64,000 nucleotides of DNA from Prevotella sp. UBA7551 (GCA_002479145.1 DLLX01000017.1:18872-82871), one strand, 5' to 3'; shown: positions 20,565-30,190, numbered from the stretch's first letter. Notes: generated from the sequence alone by a model not told the origin. Numbers and translations are program-made.

Positions 20565-21350
20565 ATGAGTAGCACAATAATCAGTCCAAAGGCCGAGGTG
20601 TCTCCGAAGGCACGAATCGGTGAAGGATGCAAGATATTCCCGTTTGTATATATTGAGGACGACGTGGAAATTGGCGACAACTGTGTCATCTTCCCCTTTG
20701 TGTCCATTCTCAATGGCACCCGTATGGGCAATGGAAACAAGATTCATCAAGGCACCGTCATAGCAGCCATGCCACAAGACTTCAACTTCAAGGGTGCCGA
20801 GTCTCAGGTCGTCTTGGGAGACATGAACATCATTCGTGAGAATGTGGTCATCAACCGAGGCACCTATGAGGGCGGAAAGACCGTGCTTGGGTCCCATAAC
20901 GTGCTTATGGAAGGAGTCCACATTTCCCATGATACCCTTGTGGGAGATAACTGCGTGATGGGCTATGGCACGAAAATCGCTGGCGACTGCCAGATAGAAG
21001 ACGGAGCTATTTTCTCCTCGTCGGTCATCGAAAACGCCAAGACGCGTGTCGGACGCGGCGCAATGATTCAGGCCGGGACCACGTTCTCCAAGGATGTGCC
21101 GCCCTACATCATCGCCGGTGGAACGCCAGTGGCATACGGAGGCGTCAATACCACCATGGCACGGGCGGCTGGAATCGATGAGAAAGTCATCAAACACATC
21201 GCCAATGCGTATCGTCTGCTCTTCCATGGGCAGAACTCTGTGTTTGACGTTTGCCATCAAATTGTGGAGCAAGTGCCCGATTCGGAGGAGATTCGCACCA
21301 TCGTCGAGTTCCTCCGCAGTACCAAAGAAGGTATTATTTGCAAATTATAA
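20565..21350 (+). CDS. LpxA-like hexapeptide-repeat acyltransferase (probable paralog)
   Basis: Left-handed beta-helix repeats, PQD, IRENVVINRGT, HISHD and KDVPPY. Confidence 0.85.
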   Translation: MSSTIISPKAEVSPKARIGEGCKIFPFVYIEDDVEIGDNCVIFPFVSILNGTRMGNGNKIHQGTVIAAMPQDFNFKGAESQVVLGDMNIIRENVVINRGTYEGGKTVLGSHNVLMEGVHISHDTLVGDNCVMGYGTKIAGDCQIEDGAIFSSSVIENAKTRVGRGAMIQAGTTFSKDVPPYIIAGGTPVAYGGVNTTMARAAGIDEKVIKHIANAYRLLFHGQNSVFDVCHQIVEQVPDSEEIRTIVEFLRSTKEGIICKL

Positions 21351-21374
21351 TCATACCTATTGTCAATAACGAAT

Positions 21375-21407
21375 AAAGGGAAACAGCCATGAGGTTGCTT
21401 CCCTTTT
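21375..21407 (+). terminator. Intrinsic terminator after the efflux operon
   Basis: AAAGGGAAACAGCC...GGTTGCTTCCCTTTT. Confidence 0.65.
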
Positions 21408-21501
21408 GCCCTTTATAGACCATCCTGGCTTTTCCCCCGATGTGGAATGGGGCGCATTGTTCGTTTTGCTTAGCGTGGTACTGATGGATGGATCGACCGA
21501 T

Positions 21502-22284
21502 TTAGTAGGATGCGGTACACTCAAATCCCATGGCAGTCATGCGGTCACGGATGGCGTCTAATTCTTCGTGAGTAGCCTTTTCGAGGTATTTCCCCGGCGT
21601 TTCGCGGTCGATGGTGTAAATCATTACTTCCCTTGGGGCAATGTATTTCACTGCATCAAGCCATGGGCCTACGTACTCCTCGCCCACATTGGTCACATCC
21701 TCTCCCTCATCATTCTTTCCTCTGAGGAACATGGTTTGTATGATACACTGCCCGTTGAAGGATTTCATGCCTTCTATAATCTTTCTTACGTCATAGGATG
21801 GCAGCTTGGGACGGTCGAGACGTTTGATGTAATCCGGATTCACCGTGTCGAGCTTGAGGATGTTGTTGTCCACTTTTGCCAGGGCAGCATGGACGGCTGG
21901 CCTGTGGATGAACGTAGAATTGCTCAACACAGAAATCTTCGCGCCTTGGCAGTAAGTGTCACGCAAGCGTATCGTAGCATCGATAATCTCGGGGAAATGG
22001 GGGTTGCCTGTCGGCTCGCCGTTGCCCGCAAAGGTCAGCACATCAGGATGAACGCCATCCTCGTGCATTTCTTTCAGCTTGGCTTCCAGCGCCTTTTCCA
22101 CCTCTTCGGCCGTAGGAAAAGGCGTGTGGGTGTGGTGAGTGGCGTTGTAGCCACACTCGCAATAGATACAATCGAAGCTGCACAGCTTTCCATCGGCAGG
22201 TATAAGGTTGATGCCCAGGGATATTCCAAGGCGACGACTGTGTACAGGCCCATACACGGGAGAGGGAAAAAGAATTGTAGCCAT
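21502..22284 (-). CDS. Radical SAM protein (TYW1-like family, function unknown)
   Basis: GPVHSRRLGISLGIN, CSFDCIYCE and GNGEPT. Start ATG 22284. Confidence 0.88.
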   Translation of the reverse strand: MATILFPSPVYGPVHSRRLGISLGINLIPADGKLCSFDCIYCECGYNATHHTHTPFPTAEEVEKALEAKLKEMHEDGVHPDVLTFAGNGEPTGNPHFPEIIDATIRLRDTYCQGAKISVLSNSTFIHRPAVHAALAKVDNNILKLDTVNPDYIKRLDRPKLPSYDVRKIIEGMKSFNGQCIIQTMFLRGKNDEGEDVTNVGEEYVGPWLDAVKYIAPREVMIYTIDRETPGKYLEKATHEELDAIRDRMTAMGFECTASY

Positions 22285-22528
22285 AATGCTGTAGTTGTTT
22301 GTTTTCTGCAAAAGTACGACATTCTTTTCATACAGCCAATCTTTCACCCACTTTATCTGCCGTTCAAATACAGACTTAGGGAAATGCCAGAGCTGCCCGA
22401 AATCACCAAGAATCAAATAAAACTTAATATATTTGCCCGTCTTGTAATTTTGCGTTACCTTTGCAAAAATATCGGCTTATAGGCCTTATTGCGACTTTAA
22501 GAAAAGAAAGTAGAACTTAATTTCGATA

Positions 22529-23407
22529 ATGAAGAAAAAACGCAATCAAGCCCGCAACCACCGCAGCTTGCAGGTTGTCACACTATGTATCAGCACAGCC
22601 ATGGTGCTGGTCTTGATAGGCATAGTCGTATTAACCGTCTTCACAGGGCACAATCTTTCCAACTATGTGAAGGAAAACCTTACCGTCACGATGGTATTGC
22701 AGCCAGATTTGACCCCATCGGAGTGTGCCGGCTTGTGCAAAAGGGTGCAACGCTTAGACTATATCACCAATGTAGATTACACCAGTAAGGAAGACGCACT
22801 GAAGGAAGGGACCAAAGAGCTGGGCGCAAACCCTGCCGAGTTTGCCGGAGAGAACCCTTTCACGGCTGAGATAGAATTGCGCTTGAAGGCCAACTATGCG
22901 AACAACGACTCCATCAAGAAGATAGCCGCAGACCTGAAGCATTACGAAGGCGTCTCGGATGTGACCTATCGGCAAGACCTTGTGGACAGCGTGAACCACA
23001 TGTTGCGCAAAATCGGCATCGTACTCCTCATCATTGCCGCGTTGCTCACGGTCGTTTCGTTCTCCTTAATTAACAATACCGTGCGGCTCACCATCTATGC
23101 GCGCCGCTTTGCGATACACACCATGAAGCTCGTAGGTGCTTCATGGGGATTCATCCGATTGCCATTTCTGCGTATGGCCATAGGACTTGGCTTGCTCTCG
23201 GCACTGCTTGCAGTTCTTGTCTTGGGCATAGGCATGTATGCCCTTTATCGCTATGAGCCGGAAATGTTGACCATTATCGACGGTCAAGTAATGGCCTTTA
23301 CGGCGTTGGTCGTCTTTGCAGTCGGCATCATTCTCACCACAATTTGCTCCTGGCTGTCTGTCAACAAGTTCCTTCGCATGAAGGCTGGTGACCTGTACAA
23401 GATTTAA
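22529..23407 (+). CDS. ftsX: Cell division permease-like protein FtsX
   Basis: 4 TMs and LINNTVRLTIYARRFAIHTMKLVGASWGFIR. Confidence 0.9.
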   Translation: MKKKRNQARNHRSLQVVTLCISTAMVLVLIGIVVLTVFTGHNLSNYVKENLTVTMVLQPDLTPSECAGLCKRVQRLDYITNVDYTSKEDALKEGTKELGANPAEFAGENPFTAEIELRLKANYANNDSIKKIAADLKHYEGVSDVTYRQDLVDSVNHMLRKIGIVLLIIAALLTVVSFSLINNTVRLTIYARRFAIHTMKLVGASWGFIRLPFLRMAIGLGLLSALLAVLVLGIGMYALYRYEPEMLTIIDGQVMAFTALVVFAVGIILTTICSWLSVNKFLRMKAGDLYKI

Positions 23408-23464
23408 TCTGCCCCGTTTGGTGCCGGGCACATCATTCTAAAGACAACATCACTCACATTGAAT

Positions 23465-23746
23465 ATGGAAAAAAGTAAATTTGCTTTCGGCCGCCTCAAC
23501 TATATTTTACTTGTAGTTGGAGTGGTTATTGTCGTCATTGGCTTTATCTTGATGAGCGGTGGCGCTTCCACCAAGGAAGCGTTCAACCCCGAGGTATTCA
23601 GCCCCATGCGAATCAAGGTGGCTCCCGTCGTCACGCTTGCGGGCTACGTTACCATCATCTTCTCTATCCTTGTACGCCCAAAGGATGACGAGAAGAGCAC
23701 CGAGGCGGTTGCCCACACAGTCAATAAACCCACAAAGGAGGCATAA
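23465..23746 (+). CDS. Small membrane protein, DUF3098-like
   Basis: FAFGRLNYILL...GFILMSGG...FNPEVFS; typical position between ftsX and uppP. Confidence 0.8.
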   Translation: MEKSKFAFGRLNYILLVVGVVIVVIGFILMSGGASTKEAFNPEVFSPMRIKVAPVVTLAGYVTIIFSILVRPKDDEKSTEAVAHTVNKPTKEA

Positions 23747-24594
23747 TGGATTTGTTTGAGACCATCATCATTGCCATCGTCGAGGGCCTGACCGAGTTTC
23801 TCCCCGTGTCTTCCACGGGTCACATGATTATTGCCCAGAATCTATTAGGCGTCGAAAGCACACCGTTTGTCAAGGCTTTCACGGTCATCATCCAGTTTGG
23901 CGCCATCCTCTCCGTCGTCTTACTCTACTGGAAACGCTTTTTCCGGCTCGACCATACGCCTGCTCCAGAGGGCAGTACGAGAGTCAAGAAGTTCCTGCAT
24001 AAGTGGGATTTCTACTGGAAACTTTTTCTCGCTTTCCTCCCTGCGGTTGTGTTGGGGGCGCTGTTGAACTCCTTTATAGAGCATCTGCTGGGCAGCATTA
24101 CTGTCGTTGCTGTGATGTTGGTCGTCGGCGGCGTGTTCATGTTGTTCTGTGACAAGTGGTTCAACAAGGGAAGTGATACCAATCCCCTCACAGAGAAGCG
24201 CGCGTTCACGATAGGTCTTTGTCAGTGTCTTGCCATGATACCTGGCGTTAGTCGTAGTATGGCTACCATAGTTGGCGGCATGGCCAACGGGCTGACGCGC
24301 AAGCGTGCGGCTGAGTTCTCGTTTTTCCTCGCTGTGCCCACTATGCTGGCTGCCACTTGCCTGGAAGTATTTAAGATGATTTTGCACGGAGAGTTCAGCG
24401 GAATGTCTGACAACATCTTGACGTTGCTTATTGGATGCGTCGTGGCCTTTGTGGTAGCCATTCTCGCAATGAAATGGTTTGTCAGCTTCCTGACCAAATA
24501 TGGCTTCAAGCTCTTTGGCTGGTATCGCATCATTGTCGGCTTGGTCATTCTCTTCTTGCTTTATACCGGCCATTCGCTCCAAATGGTTGACTAA
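23746..24594 (+). CDS. uppP: Undecaprenyl-diphosphate phosphatase
   Basis: VEGLTEFLPVSSTGH, PGVSRS and AAEFSFFLAVP. Confidence 0.95.
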   Translation: MDLFETIIIAIVEGLTEFLPVSSTGHMIIAQNLLGVESTPFVKAFTVIIQFGAILSVVLLYWKRFFRLDHTPAPEGSTRVKKFLHKWDFYWKLFLAFLPAVVLGALLNSFIEHLLGSITVVAVMLVVGGVFMLFCDKWFNKGSDTNPLTEKRAFTIGLCQCLAMIPGVSRSMATIVGGMANGLTRKRAAEFSFFLAVPTMLAATCLEVFKMILHGEFSGMSDNILTLLIGCVVAFVVAILAMKWFVSFLTKYGFKLFGWYRIIVGLVILFLLYTGHSLQMVD

Positions 24595-24599
24595 CGCAA

Positions 24600-25319
24600 A
24601 TGGCAATCAACTTCAAGGAAGGCGTACTCATTCCCATTGACAAGCCCTATGGTGTGACGAGCTTCAAAGCGCTCGCCCATATCCGTTACCTCTGCTCCCA
24701 ACGGGCAGGAGGCAAGGTGAAGATGGGTCATGCTGGCACGCTCGACCCACTGGCCACTGGGGTCTTGGTACTCGTGACGGGTGGCATGACCAAGCAGATA
24801 GAGGCTCTCCAGCAACATACCAAGGAATATGTTGCCACGATACAACTGGGCGCCACCACTGCAAGCTATGACATGGAGCATCCTGTCAATGCCACCTTCC
24901 CCACAAGCCATATCTCCCGCCAGTTGGTTTTAGACGCCTTGCAGCAATTCATCGGCGACATTGAACAAGTTCCCCCCACCTACAGCGCCGTAAAGGTGAA
25001 TGGTGTGCGTGCCTATGATGTGCGGCGCAGTGGCAATCATGTGGAGCTGAAACCCAAGCGCGTCCGCATTGACGAGATCGGCCTGCAGTCCTTCGATGCC
25101 GACCAGATGCAACTCGTCCTGCGGGTGGTCTGCGGCAAAGGCACTTACATCCGTGCCTTGGCACGCGATTTGGGCCGATCCCTCCATTCGGGAGCTTATC
25201 TTACTTCACTTCGCCGCACCCAGGTGGGGGATATTCGGGTCGAAGACTGTATCTCCTACCATCAATTTGAAGACTGGTTGGCTCAGCAAACTATAGAAAC
25301 AGGAAACAATAAGATATGA
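24600..25319 (+). CDS. truB: tRNA pseudouridine(55) synthase
   Basis: GHAGTLDPLATG, QVPPTYSAVK and CGKGTYIRAL. Confidence 0.95.
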   Translation: MAINFKEGVLIPIDKPYGVTSFKALAHIRYLCSQRAGGKVKMGHAGTLDPLATGVLVLVTGGMTKQIEALQQHTKEYVATIQLGATTASYDMEHPVNATFPTSHISRQLVLDALQQFIGDIEQVPPTYSAVKVNGVRAYDVRRSGNHVELKPKRVRIDEIGLQSFDADQMQLVLRVVCGKGTYIRALARDLGRSLHSGAYLTSLRRTQVGDIRVEDCISYHQFEDWLAQQTIETGNNKI

Positions 25320-26500
25320 AACTATCTCAGTTTAAATTCGATTTGCCAGAGAATCAAGTGGCGCTCTATCCCCACTCGTCCGCTCATACCATCACTCGCC
25401 CCAATGGGAAGACCGCAACCTTTCACGTGACAAGGCCCGACGAGGCACGGCTGATGGTGCTTCACAAGCAGTCGGAGACGATAGATCTTTATCATAAGGA
25501 CGAGAAAGGCAACCCGATAGAGGGAGACTACATCCTTTTCAAGGATCTTGTCAACTACTTTGGAGAAGGCGACGCTTTTGTTTTCAACGACACCAAGGTC
25601 TTTCCTGCGCGCCTTTACGGCAAGAAGGAGAAGACCGATGCCAAGATAGAGGTGTTTCTGCTCCGTGAGTTGAACGCCGAAATGCGCCTGTGGGATGTGC
25701 TTGTTGAGCCTGCACGCAAGATTCGCATTGGCAACAAGCTCTTCTTCGACGATTCTGGCACCATGGTGGCTGAAGTTATCGACAATACCACCTCCCGTGG
25801 CCGCACCCTCAGGTTTCTCTACGACTGCCCGCACGACGAGTTCAAGCGTGAGCTGTTTGCTTTGGGCGAGGCCCCGCTGCCCCGATACATCATCGACAAC
25901 CGCCCCGACAAGGATGAAGACGGATTTGCCCACGCCACAAAAGAGGATCAGGAGTTCTTCCAAACCCCTTATGCCAAGCACGAGGGGGCGGTCACAGCAC
26001 CCAGCACGGGAATACACTTCTCCCTCGAGATGCTTAAAATGATGGAGATAAAGGGTATCAACGCTGCCTATATTACCCTCCATTGCGGCTTGGGCTACTT
26101 CCACAAGATAGAGGTCGAGGACCTGACTAAGCACAAGATGGACTCCGAACAGATGAACATCGACGCTGCGGCTTGTGCGGTGGTGAACGAGGCCAAGCGC
26201 AATGGGCATCACGTATGCAGCATCGGAGCGAGTACACTCAAGGCCACAGAGACTGCCGTGGGTACGGATGGCCTGCTCAAGGAGTATGAGGGATGGACCA
26301 ACAAGTTTATATTCCCGCCCTACAACTTCGGCCTTTCCGACTCGATGGTGGCCAACTTCTATCATCCCTACTCCACGTTGCTGATGAGCCAGTGTGCCTT
26401 TGGCGGTTATGACCTGGTGATGAAGGCTTATCAAGTCGCCGTGGACAACGGGTATCAGTTTGGATGTTTCGGCGACAGCCTGCTCATTCTCAACGATTGA
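25316..26500 (+). CDS. queA: S-adenosylmethionine:tRNA ribosyltransferase-isomerase (divergent)
   Basis: FNDTKVFPARL, PLPRYI, GAVTAP and TLHCGLG; several motifs are altered. Confidence 0.82.
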   Translation: MKLSQFKFDLPENQVALYPHSSAHTITRPNGKTATFHVTRPDEARLMVLHKQSETIDLYHKDEKGNPIEGDYILFKDLVNYFGEGDAFVFNDTKVFPARLYGKKEKTDAKIEVFLLRELNAEMRLWDVLVEPARKIRIGNKLFFDDSGTMVAEVIDNTTSRGRTLRFLYDCPHDEFKRELFALGEAPLPRYIIDNRPDKDEDGFAHATKEDQEFFQTPYAKHEGAVTAPSTGIHFSLEMLKMMEIKGINAAYITLHCGLGYFHKIEVEDLTKHKMDSEQMNIDAAACAVVNEAKRNGHHVCSIGASTLKATETAVGTDGLLKEYEGWTNKFIFPPYNFGLSDSMVANFYHPYSTLLMSQCAFGGYDLVMKAYQVAVDNGYQFGCFGDSLLILND

Positions 26501-26506
26501 TCCGCT

Positions 26507-26992
26507 TTGCGCCATCAGCTTTACCTCTCCTTAGGCTCCAATTTGGGCAACCGCCGGCAGCTTCTTCTGTCGGCCATAGCCCTGTTGGGCCAACGAGTGG
26601 GCAAGGTGGAGCGCGTGTCCTCTTTCATCGAGACAGCCCCATGGGGCTTTGAGAGCGCACATCAGTTTCTCAATGCGTGCGTCCTTGTTTCCACCACGCT
26701 CACGCCTCGCAAGGTGTTGGAGGTGACCAAGCTGATAGAACGCGACTTAGGCAGAACCAAAAAGTCTATCCATGGCAAATACGGAGACCGCCCGATAGAC
26801 ATTGACATCCTCCTCTATGATCACCTGCAAGTCAACGATGACGACCTTGTCATTCCCCATCCACACATGGAGGAACGCGATTTTGTCATGATTCCCCTGC
26901 GGGAAATCATGTCAAGGGAAATGCCTTCTACTGCTTCGCCAGCCTGCGATACAGATAATGCCCATCTCAACGGCGATTGTTCTCAGGAATAG
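26507..26992 (+). CDS. folK: 6-hydroxymethyl-7,8-dihydropterin pyrophosphokinase
   Basis: YLSLGSNLG, FLNAC, DRPIDIDILLY and IPHP...RDFV; TTG start. Confidence 0.93.
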   Translation: MRHQLYLSLGSNLGNRRQLLLSAIALLGQRVGKVERVSSFIETAPWGFESAHQFLNACVLVSTTLTPRKVLEVTKLIERDLGRTKKSIHGKYGDRPIDIDILLYDHLQVNDDDLVIPHPHMEERDFVMIPLREIMSREMPSTASPACDTDNAHLNGDCSQE

Positions 26993-27176
26993 GCTGAAGC
27001 GCTCCCCTTTCCATCAAGGTTGTTTCCCCGTCATCCCCAATCCATCATTCAGATTCATCCCTGCCATTGCCGATTTCTGTCTAATCTCCGTTTGGGGTAA
27101 AAAGAAAGCGGACGCTCGGCTTATTGACAGAACTAACTCAACTGTTATCAAATGTCGTTTAGCCTATAATGCGAGA

Positions 27177-27237
27177 ATTTTTAAATTAAAAATCTGAGAA
27201 AAATAAATTAAAAACTTCATATTTTTAATTTAAAAAT
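27177..27237. repeat. AT-rich array, three 17-bp units at 22-bp period (copy A)
   Basis: ATTTTTAAATTAAAAAT-ctgag-AAAAATAAATTAAAAAC-ttcat-ATTTTTAATTTAAAAAT; shares units with 40258-40318. Confidence 0.8.
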
Positions 27238-27537
27238 TTTTCAGCCCCACGTCTTTTATACCATCATAGCAACCTTATTGCTAAGCCATTCGTGCTATAA
27301 ATGGTCTATTCACGACATTTTTCCCAAGAGTAAACTATCCTGCTTGCACTTGTAGTCCATCGGGAACAGTAAACACTTTCATAAACCAAATGCTCGGTCT
27401 CAATGTTTATCGGCATGCCATCCGCTTATCATTGAGTTAAGTGCACGATCCCATTTCTCCATCGTTTCCCCTTTTGCAGTGTCCAAAAGTTGGCGTGTTG
27501 ACCTATCTTTTGTATTGTTCTTCTTCTCTTTATACAA

Positions 27538-27576
27538 TGAAAGGGTACGTCTCTTGAAGTAAGACATACCCTTTCA
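27538..27576 (-). terminator. Hairpin terminator downstream of the T9SS-type gene
   Basis: TGAAAGGGTA(C)GTCT...AGAC(A)TACCCTTTCA. Confidence 0.6.
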
Positions 27577-27622
27577 GATATATTGTTGATAAGTAGATGG
27601 CTGTTTTAAGTAGGCGTTTGGG

Positions 27623-28465
27623 TTATCGAAGGACCACCTTTACAGCGTCCTTGCCCGCCTTTACCACATAGATGCCGCTCTGAGCATTGAGCGTGGTGGT
27701 GCTTCCAGAGTTGATCACTGCCACCTTCGCGCCCTCAAGGGTGTAGACCTCAGCCTTCGGTGCTGTGCCTTGGTAGCTGATGGTGTTGCCCGTCACGGCA
27801 ATAGCAGAGGGCTGCTGTGCGGCCTGCGAAATGCCGTTGGCCGTCTTGTCCACTCCAGTCACGGTAATATCGTCCAGTCTAATGCCGCCGTCATCAGCGA
27901 GATCGAGCTTGCTGGTGAATGTAAGCGTCAGGCTTTTGGCCTGCTGTGGCAACTTGATGCCCGTTGCTTTGCTCCAAGTCTTTTTCCCCTCGTCAAGTCC
28001 GAGGTTGGCAAAATCAGCCACTTGCGTAGCCTGTCCATTGTCGGCTTTGCAATCTACGGTCATGTTCTTAACATCGCCTTTGTTCTTGCCGAAGGCGCCA
28101 AAAGCAAGCTCAAGATTGTCATATCCTTCTGTGGCAATGCCCGTAATGGTGAAAGAAGCGTTGCCTTTGAAGTAAAGATTACCGTTTGCCGAAGCCCCTT
28201 CATAGTCAGATGGGTTGTTGTTGCGCACGTTTACGTTGTCATCCGCCGTGGCGGTAGTCCACGAGAACATCGACGATGGGTTGTTGGTCCAGACATGGTT
28301 CTCGATTGGTTCATCCTTGTCGGTGGCCGCTGTGCCGAAGTCTTCACTGAAAATCGTCACCGTTGAGGTTGCCTCGTTGTCGGCTGAAATGGTCGTAGTG
28401 GGTACACCAGCTGCAATGGATGCAAGAAGCAATCCAGCGGAAAGAGTAAAGTTCTTTGTTCTCAT
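27623..28465 (-). CDS. Secreted surface protein with a beta-sandwich domain and T9SS-type C-terminal sorting domain
   Basis: Signal peptide; FSEDFG...IRLDDITVTG domain; CTD-like tail EVYTLEGAKV...SGIYVVKAGKDAVKVVLR. Confidence 0.75.
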   Translation of the reverse strand: MRTKNFTLSAGLLLASIAAGVPTTTISADNEATSTVTIFSEDFGTAATDKDEPIENHVWTNNPSSMFSWTTATADDNVNVRNNNPSDYEGASANGNLYFKGNASFTITGIATEGYDNLELAFGAFGKNKGDVKNMTVDCKADNGQATQVADFANLGLDEGKKTWSKATGIKLPQQAKSLTLTFTSKLDLADDGGIRLDDITVTGVDKTANGISQAAQQPSAIAVTGNTISYQGTAPKAEVYTLEGAKVAVINSGSTTTLNAQSGIYVVKAGKDAVKVVLR

Positions 28466-28566
28466 AACTATTTGCTTTTTAATTTTTCTGCAAAATTACC
28501 CAGTTGTTGCGACACTCCAATTTCATCCATGTTACGATATGGTTAAGCAGAATAGCAGAAACCCAC

Positions 28567-28596
28567 TTGTAACACGCTTGACACATTATTGTAATA
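28567..28596 (+). promoter_or_regulatory. Three direct repeats at 11-bp period (Pho-box/OmpR-like operator) upstream of the porin promoter
   Basis: TTGTAACA (28567), TTGACACA (28578), TTGTAATA (28589), followed by a non-consensus -7 element TTCCTTTG at about 28606. Confidence 0.5.
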
Positions 28597-28643
28597 AAAG
28601 CATCGTTCCTTTGCAATGTTTATCAAATTTTTTTAAGATTCCG

Positions 28644-30014
28644 ATGACAACGAAAACGAAGATTCGACTCTTTGCGCTGGCCGTGGTGGCTTGCTGCGCA
28701 AACCCGGCCATGGCTCAAGGTGATGACATGACCACAACCAAGAAGTTGCCCATGAAAGTTTACACGAAAAATGGCAGACTGCATTTTGAAACTGCCAAGG
28801 GCAACTTCCATTGGTGGTTGGACAACCGCATTTACATTGATGCAGCGGGCTACATTCCCACTGAGAGTGTGGATGGCCTCAGGTCGAAGACCAATAAGGA
28901 CCTTGAGGATGACGACGGCAAGTTCCGTTTCAGCAATGGCGTGATTGTGCGGCGCGCGCGCATGGCCTTGAAGGCTACATTATATGAAAAGTGGTTCACG
29001 GAGTTTGACCTCGATCTTGCTTACAACGAGGTGGACATCAAGGATATGTATGTCGGTTATAAGTTCAATGACCATCTTTGGGTGAAGGCCGGACAGTTCA
29101 AGGAACCTATGAGTATGGAGAGCGTCACCAGCTCAAAGTACCTTCATAGCATGGAAAGACCTATGCCTGTGGACATATTTGCATCCGGACGGCATCTTGG
29201 CGCATCGCTTACCGCATGGGGAAGGCACTGGTGGGCCTCTGGCGGTGTGTTCGGTTCTCAGGTCGATCTGATACAGAAAGAACGCAACCGTGGCGATGAT
29301 GGCTATGCGTTTACGGGGCGCGTGGCCATTTCACCAGTGCAAAACGATGAGACTACCATCCATATCGGTGGCTATGCCACATACCGCACGCCGGACGGAA
29401 CGGGCCTGGAAAACCGCATGGTGGAGTTTCGCGGCCTTCCCGAAAGCGAGGTGGACCACCGCCGCTTCGTAGATGCTGAAGTGGAGAACGTCAACCATTA
29501 TTGTACTTTAGGCTATGAATTGGCTTTTCGTCACCGCAAATGGCTGGCCTATGGTGAGTATGTCTTCACAAGCATCAACCGTTATGGATTGGACGGCGGC
29601 AATAAATATGGTCTGAAGAACGCCACCTTCAACGGCTGGTATGCCAAGGCCTCTTACATGATTCTCGGTCAGGCGCGCCGCTACTCGCCCGAAGATGCCG
29701 AGTTTGGACCCATGCCAGTGACCCGTAAGGGCGGTAATCTGGAGGTTTCTGCTCATTACAGCACTGTGAATCTGAATGATTTCCACGACGCCAAGGCCGT
29801 CATCACAGGTGGTCAAGCCAAGGCCTATTCGCTTTCTCTCAACTGGTATCCGCGCACCAACCTGCTTGTAGGGCTCAACTACACGTTCATGGACAATGAC
29901 AAGTATGCCGACGCAAAGGGAAATGTCACCGTCGGCGGACAACCCCTCAGCAAAGCGCGTAAGGACGGAATCGACTTCAGCATCCTGCAGCTCCGGCTCA
30001 TGGCGGCGTTCTAA
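28644..30014 (+). CDS. Phosphate-selective porin, OprO/OprP family
   Basis: Signal peptide, VRRARM, IKDMYVGY, GQFKEPMSMESVTSS...MER, LNWY and C-terminal Phe. Start ATG 28644. Confidence 0.85.
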   Translation: MTTKTKIRLFALAVVACCANPAMAQGDDMTTTKKLPMKVYTKNGRLHFETAKGNFHWWLDNRIYIDAAGYIPTESVDGLRSKTNKDLEDDDGKFRFSNGVIVRRARMALKATLYEKWFTEFDLDLAYNEVDIKDMYVGYKFNDHLWVKAGQFKEPMSMESVTSSKYLHSMERPMPVDIFASGRHLGASLTAWGRHWWASGGVFGSQVDLIQKERNRGDDGYAFTGRVAISPVQNDETTIHIGGYATYRTPDGTGLENRMVEFRGLPESEVDHRRFVDAEVENVNHYCTLGYELAFRHRKWLAYGEYVFTSINRYGLDGGNKYGLKNATFNGWYAKASYMILGQARRYSPEDAEFGPMPVTRKGGNLEVSAHYSTVNLNDFHDAKAVITGGQAKAYSLSLNWYPRTNLLVGLNYTFMDNDKYADAKGNVTVGGQPLSKARKDGIDFSILQLRLMAAF

Positions 30015-30190
30015 TGCGTATGAGGTGGAGACACCGCTACGATAGGACACACGCAGAAAAGTGAAACTTAAATGAAAACATCCTTTTAGGATAAAAACAG
30101 GATAGGCGGTCATCAAAAAACAAGCCTTATCAGGCATTAATAATGCCGCCAATCAATAACAAATTGTCACTTAACAATAAAAGATTTGCA

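Noticed and set aside
21502..22284. Radical SAM protein as QueE
   Set aside because: The GPVxSRRLG motif fits the TYW1-like family. It lacks the QueE N-terminal F.SIQGEG pattern.
27177..27237. CRISPR or mini-CRISPR reading of the 22-bp arrays
   Set aside because: Spacers are only 5 bp, units change orientation, and there are no cas genes.
28215..28643. N-terminal extension of the porin ORF (599 aa)
   Set aside because: It overlaps the divergent gene. The signal peptide and promoter support ATG 28644.
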